Notes: generated from the sequence alone by a model not told the origin. A stretch of 64,000 nucleotides of DNA from Fimbriosthenelais zetlandica (GCA_977030845.1 OZ365116.1:20646001-20710000); one strand, 5' to 3'; shown: positions 24,981 to 39,578, counted from the stretch's first letter. Translations and numbers: made by a program.

Positions 24981-26882
24981 TGGGGGGTGGGGGAGGATGG
25001 AGCTGCTTCGTATGCTGCTCTATGTATATAATGTGAGATGGTATCTTGACATAGATGCTGGATACAGCCACGTCTGTAGGTGGAGAGAGCGCGGGTGTGT
25101 GTGAGTACATGCGTGCATGTCAGCATACCTTCATACATCTGTGTGAGTATAGGTATGACAAATCTGAATGATCTGTGAGGTGAGAACTGACGGGGAAGGG
25201 TTAGGATAATGCTGGTACCATCGTCTAATAAATGTGATCTATATATTAATCATACTTCAGATGTATTTTTAGGAATGATCCCTCATGGGATGAACAAGTA
25301 TTTGTTGGGATCCGTTTGGGTCGAGTAAGAGTTTAAGATCAGACCTTGGGGCCTTCCACCTATAGGTGCTAATCTCACATTGTATGGCCGTTAATCCACA
25401 CGAGCCCACGACCCGCTACAGGCAGCAAACCACGCGCCTCATTCAGACATGGCCTCGGTATTAGCGGACAGCTATAATACACTAATGTAATGCTAGTCCC
25501 GAGCTAATGTTTCAAAGAGCTATCATTATCATAAACCCCCGGTATCCCCCTAATACCTGGCTCATCCTCCACCTGGACAACCTCCATATAAAGGTTCATC
25601 TAATTACCCTTCCTCTCTTATTCTACATGGTATCAAAGCCATTTATCAGCCATGTTCCCTATCCAAACAGCCAAGAAAAATGCACAACCTTTCATCAACA
25701 AATATTTTCCATATTTTCGAGAAGAATTATATCGAAAATAATAGCTCAATAAACATGGAGGCATGCAATAAATGAATGTACGTCAACAAAGCTCACATAT
25801 TATTTTATCATTTCCATCCAAGAGAGAATATATGTGGACTAAAATTGAGGTTGTTAGCTTGGAGTAGTAATGATATGTAATAAGTGGAGACAGCCCTCCC
25901 ACTCGTCGCCTGATATCAATTCACCTGGGAATTAACGAGATTTGGCTGGAATCACCCATAAGCCAAGGCCGTATAGGCGAATATCAGCTTCACTTTAATA
26001 TTCACATCCCCTGCCTTACGCCAGCTGGCAACAGGATAGATGCTGATTTGAGGGCTATTTTTCCTCATTAAGGTTAGATCAAAACCTAATAGAGCATATA
26101 AATGATTATACAGACCTATTCAACATACCTTAATATTTCATTTGAAACAAGTATTTTTCGTTTCATTTTTAGATTAAAGCAATCCAATTTGAATATGCAT
26201 GCTACTGGGAAACATACTCCGACAACTGCTGTTTTGGGGAGAGATTGATTTCATTGAATATAAAAGGCGTTTATTAATGCATCCTATTTGTTTAAGGTGC
26301 ATATTAAGGTTGAAATGTTAGGAGGTGTATAGGTGGGGTAGCGGCAGTGAGGAGGCATGGATGCTGATGAACAATAGGTTATGGTGAGTAGTTGAGACAG
26401 GTCTGTGCCTCCAGGGAAAAGGGTAGTGATCACGCAAAGGTGTAGGTGATGATAAAACACTGCCATATAAGGCCAAACCCTGGAGCAGAGACACGGGAGG
26501 AGGAGAAGGAGTAGGAGGAGGGGGAGGATACGGGTTGCTTACAGCTCTGATTTATAGAGAGGGGACTGAAAAGGTTACAGCCATTCTTTACTAAAGAGAG
26601 TTAATATTTCAGTCGACGCTCAAGGAAAGACTTCAGACTCTGGTCTTTCATGTTACGGCCAGTAAGTATAATGGCTGATTGTGGATCAGTTCAGAGTTCA
26701 TCTCGTTATAACAAGTGGGCAGTTCAAAGGAGTTCAAATCCTTCAACTCGTGCATGTACCAAAACTCATCAACAAGGTACAGCTCACGTGATGTTGACGG
26801 ATGTATTTAATGACACACCTGTTTTAATTTAATATCATTGTATGAACAGTAAAGAGAGAGAAATGTCCTGTCATTTTTGTAC

Positions 26883-26935
26883 CTGTCTATAGGTATACTT
26901 GTATACGGCTCCACCAAGCTCAGGTGGGGGAGCAT
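26883..26935 (-). CDS. weak candidate first exon MLPHLSLVEPYTSIPID (phase 2)
   Basis: ATG with an upstream in-frame TAG, donor CAG|gtacaa (weak), downstream of a CpG-rich region. Confidence 0.18.
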
Positions 26936-27379
26936 TGAGGTTAGCACGAGCAGAGAGGAGCCAATAGATGGAGCCACCTGCAGCTAGTGTGAGCCTGCAG
27001 GGCCTCCATGAGCAGCTCCCCAACTCAGCCCTAAGCCCAGCTCGATTACTACCTGACCGACTCAACCCCTATAACCTTCACCTCCAACCCCCAACATCTC
27101 CACCCACTGCCCGGTACACAGCTCCCTGTCCACGCCCCCCACCACACTGACCCCGGGCAGCGCGAGATGAGTTGTGTGGATGATGATAACTGAGCACAAC
27201 AAAAGCCGAGATATGATGAACATCTGGTGCGTGTCCTCACAAGATGTAAGGTCACCCAGAGTCACATTCCCACGATATGTTATGTATCAAAACAAGTCTC
27301 AATCTTAGTCTCTCTCTTTGATCATATCAAAGAAGAGAATTTTAAAATAAGAGAGAAGCTCAAATACAAGCAGCACGAT

Positions 27380-27900
27380 AGCTTGAACAGACCTGAGCGT
27401 TTTTGCAGTCGCGCTTATAGCACAAGCGAATTTCTATAATTATACGCACTCGCTTTGGCCTATCTCTGTAAGTCAATTCGGAATTAAAATAATCGCGCTA
27501 GATAACTGTTTTTTTCCTGAAGTTGCATTACAAGAAAAACGCAAGCAAACAGAAGCATTCGCAGTCTGTTCCAGCCATAAAGCTTAGCATCACTCCGGTC
27601 TTTTCAGGGAGAGATAACATGGAGGTACTCGATAATATAGTACAAAATTCTATAAGTAGTATATAAAGACTAGAAATTGTATATGGGAGCCTTGATGAAA
27701 ATTATTCCTCGATTTATAGCCTTCGCTTAGCAGTGGAACTTGCACTTTACTTGCTAAAATATATGACTAAAATGATGAACATATTCAGCAGTAATCTCCC
27801 AAAGAGCTGAATCCAACGCGCGAATCCCCGCTGGAATCCCACGTCATTCAATCATTTAAAGAAAGCAATACAAAGAGCAGAACTTGAACAAACGCAGATG
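27380..27900. promoter_or_regulatory. CpG-enriched promoter-like region with TGACGTGG (ccacgtca 27839-27846)
   Basis: Visibly more CpG than the flanks, plus the ATF/CRE-type motif. No TSS data. Confidence 0.3.
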
Positions 27901-28138
27901 GGACCATTTCTAGCATCTCCGTTTGTCAAACCTTTATAAAGTATCGTTTTATAACCTGAACCAGGTGTTGATGGCAGAATGCAAGCTCAAGCACTTCACT
28001 TGATCTGGGAATCATGGTGATGGGGAACAGTTTTGGGCTGGGGAAGAATGGGGGAAGTTTTGTTGTTGTGGTTGTTGTAGTTGTTGCAGTGTGTCGCTTG
28101 TATTGTAATAAAACTTTGTCAGTGTTTCCATGTCTTAC

Positions 28139-28186
28139 CTGACATGTTTCCCAGCACCTGTACCCGTAGTGGGAGATGTTACATAC
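28139..28186 (-). CDS. rdgA: 48-nt symmetric exon, (R)YVTSPTTGTGAGKHV(R) in phase 2-2
   Basis: Strong acceptor tctgatcatatttctttctttcttttgtag|, strong donor CAG|gtaaga, multiple of 3. Confidence 0.5.
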
Positions 28187-31100
28187 CTACAAAAGAAAGA
28201 AAGAAATATGATCAGATAATGCTCCAGGCTACTACATTAAACCAATCTCGATACACAGAAACTGTATTATATAATATTACAAGCTAGTATTACAGTAGAC
28301 AAACAGTAGATCATCTTTATTTGGGTGAACTTTCCGGTATTGCGGACACCAAAATTATACATTCATGTCCTGAAAATTGCACCTATATTGAAGGCATAGA
28401 AATAAGTCATGAATGGCAAGCAGTATGTGAGCGGATCAAACAAGCTGGTTGAGTGTATGTGTCTGTAAGTATGAAGTAATCAATAATTCATTAGACAATT
28501 CACGCCAGTAATGGTTGGCTTTATATAATGGCCATCTAATAGTAGCGTGGGTGTTAGACAATTACTGCCTGTAAAGACTTACATGTCACCTGGGAAGGTC
28601 AGAGAGTATGTGTTGTTAGGGTATACCATAGAAAAGATCAAATGCTACAAAACCTGTATTAACACAGCTAAATTAGAGAACACCTGTCAGACTTAAGTTT
28701 AATTCCACCATACCATATACATGCTATACCCTTCACCAAATCCACCAAATGGAGATTTATACCAATACAATATTACATGGACGTCTGTCAATTGGAATTA
28801 AAGGGACAATAAAACTGCAGGGATTCACATTATGTTCCAGAATGAATTGGATATAATCAAGATGTCCTTGAAAGTACATTTATTCTTCCATGTAGTGTTG
28901 AATCAATGAAATGAATTGAGGAATAAAATGAACCTTCAATTAACGGAGTAGGCATTGTTAACTCAAAGTCGAGTACGTGTACATCTGACAAAGAAACTTA
29001 GCTAACAATACCGCAGCGGTTTGTGCCTTTTATATAACCTCTTCCTGCCTTGAGAGGAATAGATGGATTATCAGACCGAACAACGCTGATCCACAACAAA
29101 GCATTCCACCATCCAAGCCTTTATCCCCACAAGCTGTGTGGCCTAATTAACGAGGCCACATTACACAGACGACAATGGCCAGCCAGCAGATAACCACTGA
29201 CTGGGTGAGAAGGAAAATCTTTAATCACATTTTTCCAGGGGTAGGGGGTGTTCATAGATCCAAGATTCCAGGAGGGGTGCGGTGAGGTGGAGGGTGAGCA
29301 GGGGCGCAACTGCAGCAAGGGTATAATTATATAACCACTGATAATAGGGTCTAATCTCATGGGAATTAGATATATGATAGGAGAGGGACTTGGTTGAAGT
29401 CGCCCCCTGGTGCCAGGGTTCTGGACTCACCCCATATATTAGAGCCAGTAACATCGCCCAACTGTTTGACTAGATACGGTCATATCTCCCCGACAGCCTA
29501 GTACCATTGATAACTGCAGGAAGCAAAGCCACGAGACAGCTTGGAAAAACTCCGACTCATGTCAAATGTACATTTATGGTTGTTATGACACGTTTATATG
29601 TAACTGTGGCATGAGCAGAGATATCAGTCTATCAGCGTAATGATCATATTGACTGAGAGACAGATATACATCCCTTACATTGACATCTCCATGCCTATAG
29701 TCCTCTACTTCCCTTCACCAAGTACATGTAGATCTAGAGACTTCTCTACACGTACCAGAGATGGTAATGGTAGAAAGTAGTTGGTTTCAGCCAGACATGC
29801 CATGAGGCCCACTGTTAGCAGGCAAAAAGCTGTAATTACCAGAACAGCTAACAATATAACATAGAAGGGGCGTGACATCTCATTATACTACTTCACTGGC
29901 TATAATCCGCCACTTCCCTAAATCCACCTTCCTATATAGGAGTCTACCATTAACATCCCCACCATGCCTCCTAATTATACATCCCATTAAAGTCATGATG
30001 TCATATACAAAACCCAATTTCTGACGGAGGGAAATTTAATATTTCCGATTATTGATTTATCAAAATAAATTGTACGGTACTGCTCGTACATGGACCTGGC
30101 AGGGAGGATGGGAAATAATGAAATGAATGTTTGCCATGTAATTTACTATAAATATGTTTAATTTAATCAGCAAAGCCTGATTACAGAAGACAAAGTAACA
30201 CGCTATGGTGTTTTATAGATGAGGGACATGGGCGACAGGCAGGCGGAGAAGCGAGAAATACACGCACTTTAACTAAAGAGCGACTGAGAACCTTTTTAAA
30301 CGAGTAAGCATGCCTCTGCTTCACACCTTTAAACTCAGCAAATATTACAATTCACTGATAGGTCCTCAGCTAGTAAATTTAACCTTGAAATTTAATTCAA
30401 ATAATATAAATTACTAAAGAAAGTTAATTATCAAATGGCTTCATGATAAAGTAGAGGATTTTATCTACACCACCCAGCAATCTATATCAAGGACTCACAG
30501 CTGCACAAAAATTAAGCTGTGTAAAATTTATCAAACTTTAAGCACTGCATGTTGGGCACATCTGGCACACCAGTGCCAGTCTTGTGTTCGTGTGCATGCA
30601 GTTCCTCCATGAAATACATTTGCAGTGAAGACAACTTGTATAAGAGTCTAAACAAATAATATTCTTCTCTCATGTCGTCATGGTTTTGTGAATTGTAGAG
30701 AATTTGAATATAGTGGTCTAGCTTATGTTAAACATGCCGCACAAAAATATTTCTTTTATTCATATATGTTGAAACGTATTAAGACAACAGATTCCAGACA
30801 TCTGATCATATCCAAGTCATGCTGCTTCGACTGTTTCTCTAATCATTAATTTCACTTTTAGCCAGAGTAACAGTCCATTTTCAGATTTCTTTAGAAGATA
30901 TAGGCCCATGAATCACTTAAAGAGCCTCTCAAACACCTGGCAGAAATCAATTCCTAATGATAAATACTCAAGTGGACACCTGCAGAGATTGCCAAGTGTT
31001 ATATTAGAGATATGTCAGAGTTTTGGTGGCTGAAGGTTACCAGTAACAGCCTGATGTTACTGGGTACCTTAATGCTGGTGGTGCTCCCCTGTGGAAATAC

Positions 31101-32852
31101 CACGCACTATTGATGGTAACGCCAGCCTGCAAACCCTAGCGATAATACTGGTATTCCTGGGATTTCATTTTACAATATTACAATGACACAGAACATCTTC
31201 ATATCGGAAGAAATAAACAAAATTAAGTCACAAGAATAGGAATATTTTATCGTGAAAAATAATCTGGCTGGCATACTGCCTATTCTTAAAAGTACATACA
31301 TGTATGTATGTAAGGGATAAGTAAATTTCAATGGTGGAATGCATGGAATTCACATTTTAGTACCCAGTACATAAATACTGAGGTCACCACGTTAAATCCC
31401 GAGAACACTCCCAGACTACCACCTTCACATGGCATAGAAGGAACAAGTTTTTTGTAGCATTATTTTTTTTTTAAATTGCCATCACTTTGCCAAGATCATA
31501 GGTCATGCCAAATTTATACACTTCCCGTTCCACCTGAGGAATGATGATGATCTATTATGTAGAAGTGACGGTACAGAAAAACTTCCGTAATTTGGTAGCA
31601 TGCGGAATAAGGTCATACACGAGGTGCCATTTCGGTGTAGAGCACTATGATTTGGGTTGGGTAAACTAAGAATCGTGGCCTTGGAGGACCTTCATTTGGC
31701 AACAAATCCAGGCCAATCAGAGCGTGACAAATTCACGATTTATTATAACTGCGTCCTTCTTCCTGGCCTACAGATCCAGGATAAGGAAATTAGGTATAAG
31801 AAAGATTATTTCATTTAGCATTTCCTAAGCCTATGAGGACAAAAAGGATGAATATTTAAAAGAGATTGAGGGGTCATTGACTACTAACATGTATACATAC
31901 TCTTTCAGTGCTTTCAAAAGAACCTTATACTATAGGTATCAAATATCGTGTACACACACGAAGTCGGACAGTTCTATTCAAAAGCATTCCGGGGACCAGC
32001 CTTATGCACAAAGAAGAAGGGCAGTTTTAATAGTAAAATGATAAATGCAGTACAGAACCAATTAAACCAGGAATAGGGATGAATCGAGGCATGAAGGTTG
32101 AATGAATCGATATAATCAAGGACATAATCATTCCCCCAAGATCATGTAAGATATATTGGATATATTTAGGTTATATATGAAGGGGAAACCATTGCATCTT
32201 ATTAACAACCTCAGATCTTCAGGAGGTAAAATATGCAGAGATCAATATGTGTCCATGGAGGCGCATGAAGATGTAATTGTATATGAGAGTACATAATGAC
32301 GGTATTGTAGGCTGGATACACAGAGATAGGAGATAAATAATCATGTAATCTGGTGACTCGTGACTGACCCACAATGTATACAAACCACAGAACCAAACAC
32401 CCGGCATATAGAAACCGCTGTGTGCTCACAAATTGTCACCCACAATCAGGTCAGGTCCGTTTTTCACTGCCAGGAATATATGGAAATTTATCAACTTTTG
32501 TATTATGCATACAAAGCTAGAAATCACCTTTCCTTCAAGCCATTTTCCTTTCCAGGTCACTCTCTTCTCCAGCCACCATTTGCACAGCCCCCAAGGCAAA
32601 CTTTCATTGTTGGTAACACACATTTATCATCTTCACTTTTTGTCATTAGGTTTTCTTCTAACCTGTCGACATCACTCCTCATTGCTTTCCTTTGGCCTAT
32701 TTTATTGCATCCAGATCTAGAGCTTCTCATTCCTCCTCTCTCTACCCTCATGGGGAATCACAACCTCATCATGCTCATACTGGGGTCCTTGCCCTTTCCT
32801 ATCCACCTTCTCTGTACACCTTAAACCATTGACTCTCTGTAACTGGACTTAC

Positions 32853-32935
32853 CGTCTATTCTTTCCGTTTTTCATTTGTGTCTTCTCCTCCTCTAGATCC
32901 ACATAGAAAACCGTGTCATTTGTCTCAGAATTCAT
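32853..32935 (-). CDS. rdgA: alternative first coding exon MNSETNDTVFYVDLEEEKTQMKNGKNR (phase 2)
   Basis: ATG with an in-frame upstream TAA, 27 codons plus CG, consensus donor CG|gtaagt. Confidence 0.6.
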
Positions 32936-34020
32936 GTTTTGGTAGCATTGGTGATAAGCAGACACCAATTACAGGCACACCGGTCATTGACAGTCACTAG
33001 GGTTGAGGTCTGTGTATATGCTATGTCTCTATATGTAGAAGTCTCTAACAGTTGTGTCTGCATTTGCAACTTACGTTGCATATGAGATGTGGATCAGAGA
33101 GTCTATGCAAAGTATCTAGGTGATAACCCCACACACTCTACTTCCTTCACCGTAGCCTAGTTAATATACAGTCCATAGAGAACACAGTCACACACTAACA
33201 CACCCACAGTCATACACACAACACCAGCCAATGTGGGTGTGTGCTCAAAGCAATGACAATATTCACACATGAACACTAATCCAAACCAAATCATTTTTAC
33301 TCTGAAATCAGTGGAGGGAAAAGTAAAATAAATTTCAAATTAATTCACCACGAGTTCATTTTCCCCAAATCAGCATATAAATCAACGTGTATAGAATGAA
33401 GTTCTATACTCGTTGATATAGCAGAATATACTTACTGTGAACGAGTTCTGTGCAAAGAGGATTAATAATATTTAAGAGAAGAGAAAATTGGGCAAAGCAC
33501 AAAAAAAGAACCTGCATGAACAAAGGAAGTGATTGGGAAAATGAGGAAGGCCAACATGTCTAAAAATAGTAACAGATGACAACATGGCAAATAGGGACAA
33601 GGCACGACGTGACGATCATTAGCAATAAGAACACAGGATCTTGAGTACAAAGAGAACTGTGACATGATAAGTGACAAGGTCGAGGGACCAGACATGCTAA
33701 TTACTTTACTATAATATATAAGATGAGTCAGTGTCAATAGATGATATGCATCAGTTAATCCGGCCAACATGAGTAAGCCACTGGTCTTGGGAAGATGCTC
33801 CCAATACAAGACTTTCCTTAAAAAAATGCTTCTAAGGAATGAAACTATGTATGTCTGGCCAGTCCTATAATTTCACATCCTATTTCCGGAATTCCCCAAT
33901 TCCAGGAACTACCATATCATTTGGACTCGCTTTCTATTAACTGTTACTACTGTATGTCTCTTCATGACATTTTTATATCGCTTTTTGCTTAAATCAGCAG
34001 ACTTGGCTGCTGGTATGGGT

Positions 34021-34028
34021 TGACGTCA
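34021..34028. promoter_or_regulatory. full palindromic CRE TGACGTCA
   Basis: Exact match about 1.1 kb upstream of the 32.9-kb exon, with TATAAA on the minus strand adjacent at 34030-34035. Confidence 0.35.
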
Positions 34029-36681
34029 CTTTTATACTTTTAGTGTAGAGAAATAAAGCCAACAAAACCATGGTCCATTTCTGTGCGTACATCTATGGAC
34101 ATATATATGGGAGTGCAGTCACGCATTACTAGGTTAGGTTTACCCATCTTGTGGCATTTAAATAGCTTTAGGACACTCATTCGTAAAGTCGTGATAATGA
34201 CTTAGTTATTCCATGGTATCAATTAGTCCACACATTTGAATGTTATCGTGCAATCATGGAGGAGGCGTGGGTGAAAATGAATCCAAATTAAATGGAGATA
34301 ACTCAAAGTAGATTTCTAAATTCAGTATAAAGTAGATGGATGCTCGGATAATAAGATAGATACCGCCCATGTAAATGCTTTATATCATCAAAAGGAATCT
34401 GACATGACTAAATATAGTAATAATAGTATAAACCTTCACTGAATAGACAGTTTGAATGAGCAGGCAATATATATACGAGAATATAATGCACTTGCAACGA
34501 GTCTTTTTAACTGAAAAAGGAGTTGAATATAAAAGGTTTACCTGACGAATATATCCTGACATAAATCCATTAACGTATTTCCTACCATCCCTAGGTAACT
34601 CATGATGGGATAAGGGATATGTGATGACTAGTGGAAGAAAATCTAAGTCTACCTGCATAGTAAACCACGCTCGTGAGGTACCATGATACGACTAAAAGAA
34701 CAAGGTGAATATCATATATGGGGGGTCGTGATAGCTTGCTGACTATGTATCTCACTCACGCCTTGTCGTGCTGATCCAGTACACGTTACTTCAGACTAAT
34801 CATAATATACTCCCATATACCTGAAGCGGGGGGGTAGGGAGGGGCGGACTAATACACTGAGGTCGGAGTGATGTCATAAAGTCAGGGGATTTTAGAGACA
34901 CAAGACATCATCCGAGGCGAGATTTATTTATGGCTGCTGGTAGCAACAATGGTCATCTTCTAAAATGACTCTTTTAAAAATCCCCTACAATAGTTCTGAC
35001 AAAGAAATATCCCTGACAATATTTATGACAAAGAGATATCCCTGAAAGAAAGGAAATCCTGAGAATCGAGATAGGGTGACAAAATCAAATGTGAAGCTTG
35101 ATAAATTGTAAATATGTCTAATTTTATCATAACACCTGCATGTATATCAATATGTCAGAAGGCAGAAATATAAGGAATGGAAAAGTGGTTATCATAATTT
35201 GGCACGTGCAGCCCAAGAGAAAGTTGACATTGTATGAGCGATAAGTTCAAGTGGAAAGCAAGAGCTTACAGCTGTGTAGTAAAATTAACGATGATTTACT
35301 ATCATCTCCATACACAGGTGCTCACAGTTGATTAAATCTAATATGTACATCTCTTTGCCAAATCATTCATACATATGTTTTAGAGCATTCTTTGAGTCAC
35401 GATTATAAGTTCATGTTTGGTAATGAAGTTTCATAATCATAAACGGTATAAGTCAATAAAAGAATAGACTGCCAATATCTAATAGTGTACCATTTAATAC
35501 TGAGGCGTAGCTTATGGATCAAAATGTGAGCCAACCAGTATATATCTAATTCGTAAGGTTGACGAATCAAGATAATTATCAGAAAAAGACACCCTCAGTG
35601 TGTTGTGCTAGGTGCACATGCATGCCACGCCCGACCACACCTGAATGTTTTAATGAAATTAGAGAACTTAACATTAAAAGTTCGTGTTGGGTGTAGGCGG
35701 ACTGGCGTTTTTAAAGATTGGAGTTCTCGTATTTGTCTGCTAACATATGAGGTCATATTGGACAGCAATGTTACCTTTTATCCTGCCTACATGAGTCAGA
35801 ATGCGTTCAGAATAGTATGGAGGAGATTAAAGTACAAAGAGAGAAATTGAGCTATATTCGGTACGGTACCGGTATATAGTCAATATAAAGCAGTGGCCGA
35901 AATATCCATACATAATTAATGTAACTAGCTCCGTAACGGCTGGTGGGTGCGTGGCTAGTTAGTGTCCGTTTGCAAATTTGCTATATTTTTTGGGCAGCAT
36001 TGGGAAGAGAAGGGTAAAATGAAAGAAATGTGAAGAATGCAAACTTTTCAGAGGCTTTACAGTTTACCTAACTTTAGCTAAAATTGACATGATTCCAGAT
36101 ATATTTTTCCCGGGATTTTCAAGGATTTTATATAACCATGAAAACCGTGTTAAATAGTAGGCCTAGGCCTATTATAATCAACTAATCTCGTTGTTATAAT
36201 ATAGTAGAACCTTTGATAGGACCCAGAAGCAAACCAGTCATGAGCCTGTTGCTTCTAGCAGGTTAGTGCTGCCGCCTGGAGTTTTCATGCGCATTTCATT
36301 TCCCCTTCAAATACTGGGACCTGGGAAAGGTTGGAAACAGAACTCAAGAAATTTGAGAACCCATTGACTTTGTGAGAGGCAATAAAATAGAAGCGCGCGT
36401 GACAAGAATCACATTATGAACTTGTTATCCCATACTAATTTCCAATCACAATATTGTACTTTGTTAAATAATAGGCCATGGGTGATTGGTCCAAAACCAA
36501 ATTGTTATGTTATACAAGTATGTTATAACATATGAGCTTCGACGTCTTCGTGAGCTACTCAAGTGTCTGAGTTACTCAATCTCTCCGTCGGAGCCGGTAA
36601 TTAATGGTTGGAATTACTGTTATCATAGGGCTTAAAATGTTGTAATATGTATCAACAGTTTGACAAATGTGTTATCTTTAC

Positions 36682-36763
36682 CTTCATTACTTCGTTTGCA
36701 TCGAAAAAGCCTGTTTTGTCTCTTCATTTTCACTGAATTCGGTAGAGGAATTCGACGCACCAT
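36682..36763 (-). CDS. candidate first exon MVRRIPLPNSVKMKRQNRLFRCKRSNE (phase 1), directly downstream of the ETS pair
   Basis: agcATGG context, 27 codons plus G, donor AAG|gtaaag. It is phase-compatible with the 11332 acceptor but could be non-coding or belong to another transcript. Confidence 0.3.
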
Positions 36764-36782
36764 GCTGCTAAACACGCGGACG

Positions 36783-36807
36783 ACCGGAAGTAACGTTTTC
36801 CGGAAGT
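36783..36807. promoter_or_regulatory. tandem ETS/GABP sites (CCGGAAGT x2) in a CpG-rich island
   Basis: accggaagt at 36783-36791 and ccggaagt at 36800-36807. YY1-like caagatgg at about 37021. Confidence 0.55.
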
Positions 36808-39578
36808 CTGCCGCGTGTCTAACTAATATGGTCCGTCCACAATGGGGCGTTTAGGTTTAAAATGTCCTAAATCTATCTAATTACTAACCAAAACGTGTTT
36901 TCGTTATACCATATATACTGTTCCTCCAGAAATACAAAGATTGTGATAAACTAAACAGGTACAGAAGTTTTTAAAGTCAGTTTCATCTTTATGAACGCAC
37001 TGCGGACGGACTAGACAAAGCAAGATGGTGGACGAGATCAGAAAAAATCCGATTTTCAGTCTTATGCACTTCAAAAAATCGTCTAATTCTCTGCTATATG
37101 GTTAATGAGTAAGCTTATTTTACCCATGTATACTGGTTATGGTAAAATACAGCCTTAGCATGAGATAAATATGGCGATAATACCAAGTAAATGAGCAAAA
37201 CATCACATGGAATGGAACGTAATGTCGTCGGCGTATCCTCGTAGTATATGGAAATATCGCCCCTATTCGGGCATAGTAGATCCTAACATTTCTGCGGAAG
37301 AAAACTAGGTAGGCCTATGGGTTGGATTCAGGATTTTGTGAAGGGAGATGTCACGGGGCCTACATGCACACTAAACAAATTATGACAATCACATCGTATT
37401 GTTTTAGCCTACTCAGGCTACTGCCTCGCAAGCTTCTCAACTTAGATATTGTCTTCTATTTCTCATCACCTGCTACCTATATTTAATTCAACAATCCAGC
37501 CACTCTGTCTGTAAGCCCTCGTCCCTACCTTAAATCGATCAGTCTACATCCACTCCTGTCCATCACCCCCACACTTCCTCTTCCAGGTGAGGCCATCAAA
37601 GCTCCACATCCATCGCTTTCAACACCCCCTCTCTTTCTCTCATTTCTTTCCGTTTCTGTCACTAAGCCCAGTGATTGTCATCCATTATAAAGAATTATTC
37701 ATTGCTGACTGAGAGCTTTATCTGCAGACTTACTAATCTGTGTAGCTTGGACAAAGGGGGAGTTTCTGAGGCAGTGCGGGGATAAAACACCATGCAAGTT
37801 AAGCCTACCGATCGATTAATAATATTGCTCTCTGAACGGAGACATCACTGCCGAGACAAGATGCATTGAACTCAAGACCCCGGAGAACAATGGTCATTTA
37901 AACAGCTGTCCAAGTTATCAGAACAAGAGTCTCCTACCCACCAATAGCGCCAGCTATACGATTAGAAAGCAACACTGGTAGAACAAAAGGGGACTGGTAA
38001 AATATAATGGACATGAACTAATGAGAGAGAAAAGGTGATTAACAGCTTAAGATACCACATAGGCTTGTCTGATGTTTCTTCTTACTGGAAAAGGCCAATT
38101 GTTCACCACTGCTTATAGTACCGTATAAAGTATAGATTTGAATGGATGTACGACCAAAGATTTGCTACCGGTACTGGTACATTATGGAGACATCCATACA
38201 AATGATTAAAAAATGTGCCTTCCTCTCCCCTGCCAGTCCACTTCCCCTTTGGTCCGCCTTGTGGAGGGTCTGTTAATATCAGTGTAAATGTGCCCCTCTG
38301 TCCCCGCCTGTTGACTAAGCTGTTAGGACCGGTTTAACCGTGAGGTGGCGAGCTGCTCGCCTCTTCAATACCGAGCAGCTATGAGCATTTCTATACACGC
38401 CTTACAAATTTGCGCGAGCAGTCAGAGTGGCCAGATATGGACGTGTGACCAAAGCACAATGAATCACCAAACGTACCGTATATATGCTCCAGAATAACCA
38501 GTACAGATAGAGTAGGATTGTAAAAGGCAAAAATTCTATCTTTTTCGTTGATTTTTATACTATTATAGACAGATTGAGAGCCCTTATTGGCTTACTCCGT
38601 CACCAACCAATTCCTTTATTCTACTTTTCTATTATTTATTTGGCAATATTTAATGGAATTAACAATAGAATCCATGTGGATTTTGTATCCATGAAGGGCT
38701 AGAAGGGTCAATGTTTTCTCTCAATTGTCAAAGCAAAAAAAGTATTGGAGAATGGGGGTGGTTGTCATGAGGGTATACGGCAGCCCCCCTGGAGAAGTGA
38801 CCCATGGTTGTCTCCATGGTATGCTGTACGGTAGAATCAGCCCCTCACAGCACTGGAGCGAGTTATTGGCGGGCCATGCATAGCTTTAGCTGTACAACTG
38901 CTATACACTACTAATGGAATTGGCCACAAATATATTTTCAAATCTGTAGCATTATATATGAATATATTGGGCATGTAACTTGACCATCCCTTTTGTGAAA
39001 GCTACCCATTGTGCCCAGTATCCCGCCACTGGTTTTTCCACGCATATGCACACTTTGAATCAGTATATGATATATATATGTGGCTCCAAGGACCAAGCCA
39101 TATTCAAAAACACTTCATGAATATGGATAGAGGGAAAGAAAAGGCAGATAGATTGTCACTCAGTGGCTTGAATTTGCTCCCAGTTGGGGTCTGGAATACA
39201 AGGCAGAATCCAATGATATATCGTAACAGGGTTCTTTCTTGTATAAAGCTTTTGTTCTAAAAGATTTATTTCTCTCATATCTGATTTGATGGAAATAGAA
39301 GAGGAAGTAAAAACCTTAACGTACATATTATAAGTTGATGGGGGATCTAGTTCTAAAGGACTTTAAGTAGATCAAAGTAAAACATTAGAAATGAATCGAG
39401 AAACTAAGTAGAGATATTTTAGAATTAACACACTCATAAAAACTACACAGAATGCCTGTTACGTTTACTATGAGAACTGTGTCTCATTTTTGGGGACATC
39501 GATGCAGAAGCATACCAACATGATGTCAGTGCCACTGTAGATGATGACAAGGTAGCCTAATGCCAATTACATAGAGAC

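Noticed and set aside
27049-27255. ORF ending CAG|gtagta in phase 2
   Set aside because: No in-frame ATG after the upstream TGA. At most a non-coding exon.
32360-32824. 154-aa plus-strand ORF
   Set aside because: Low-complexity pyrimidine-rich composition with no domain or splice support.
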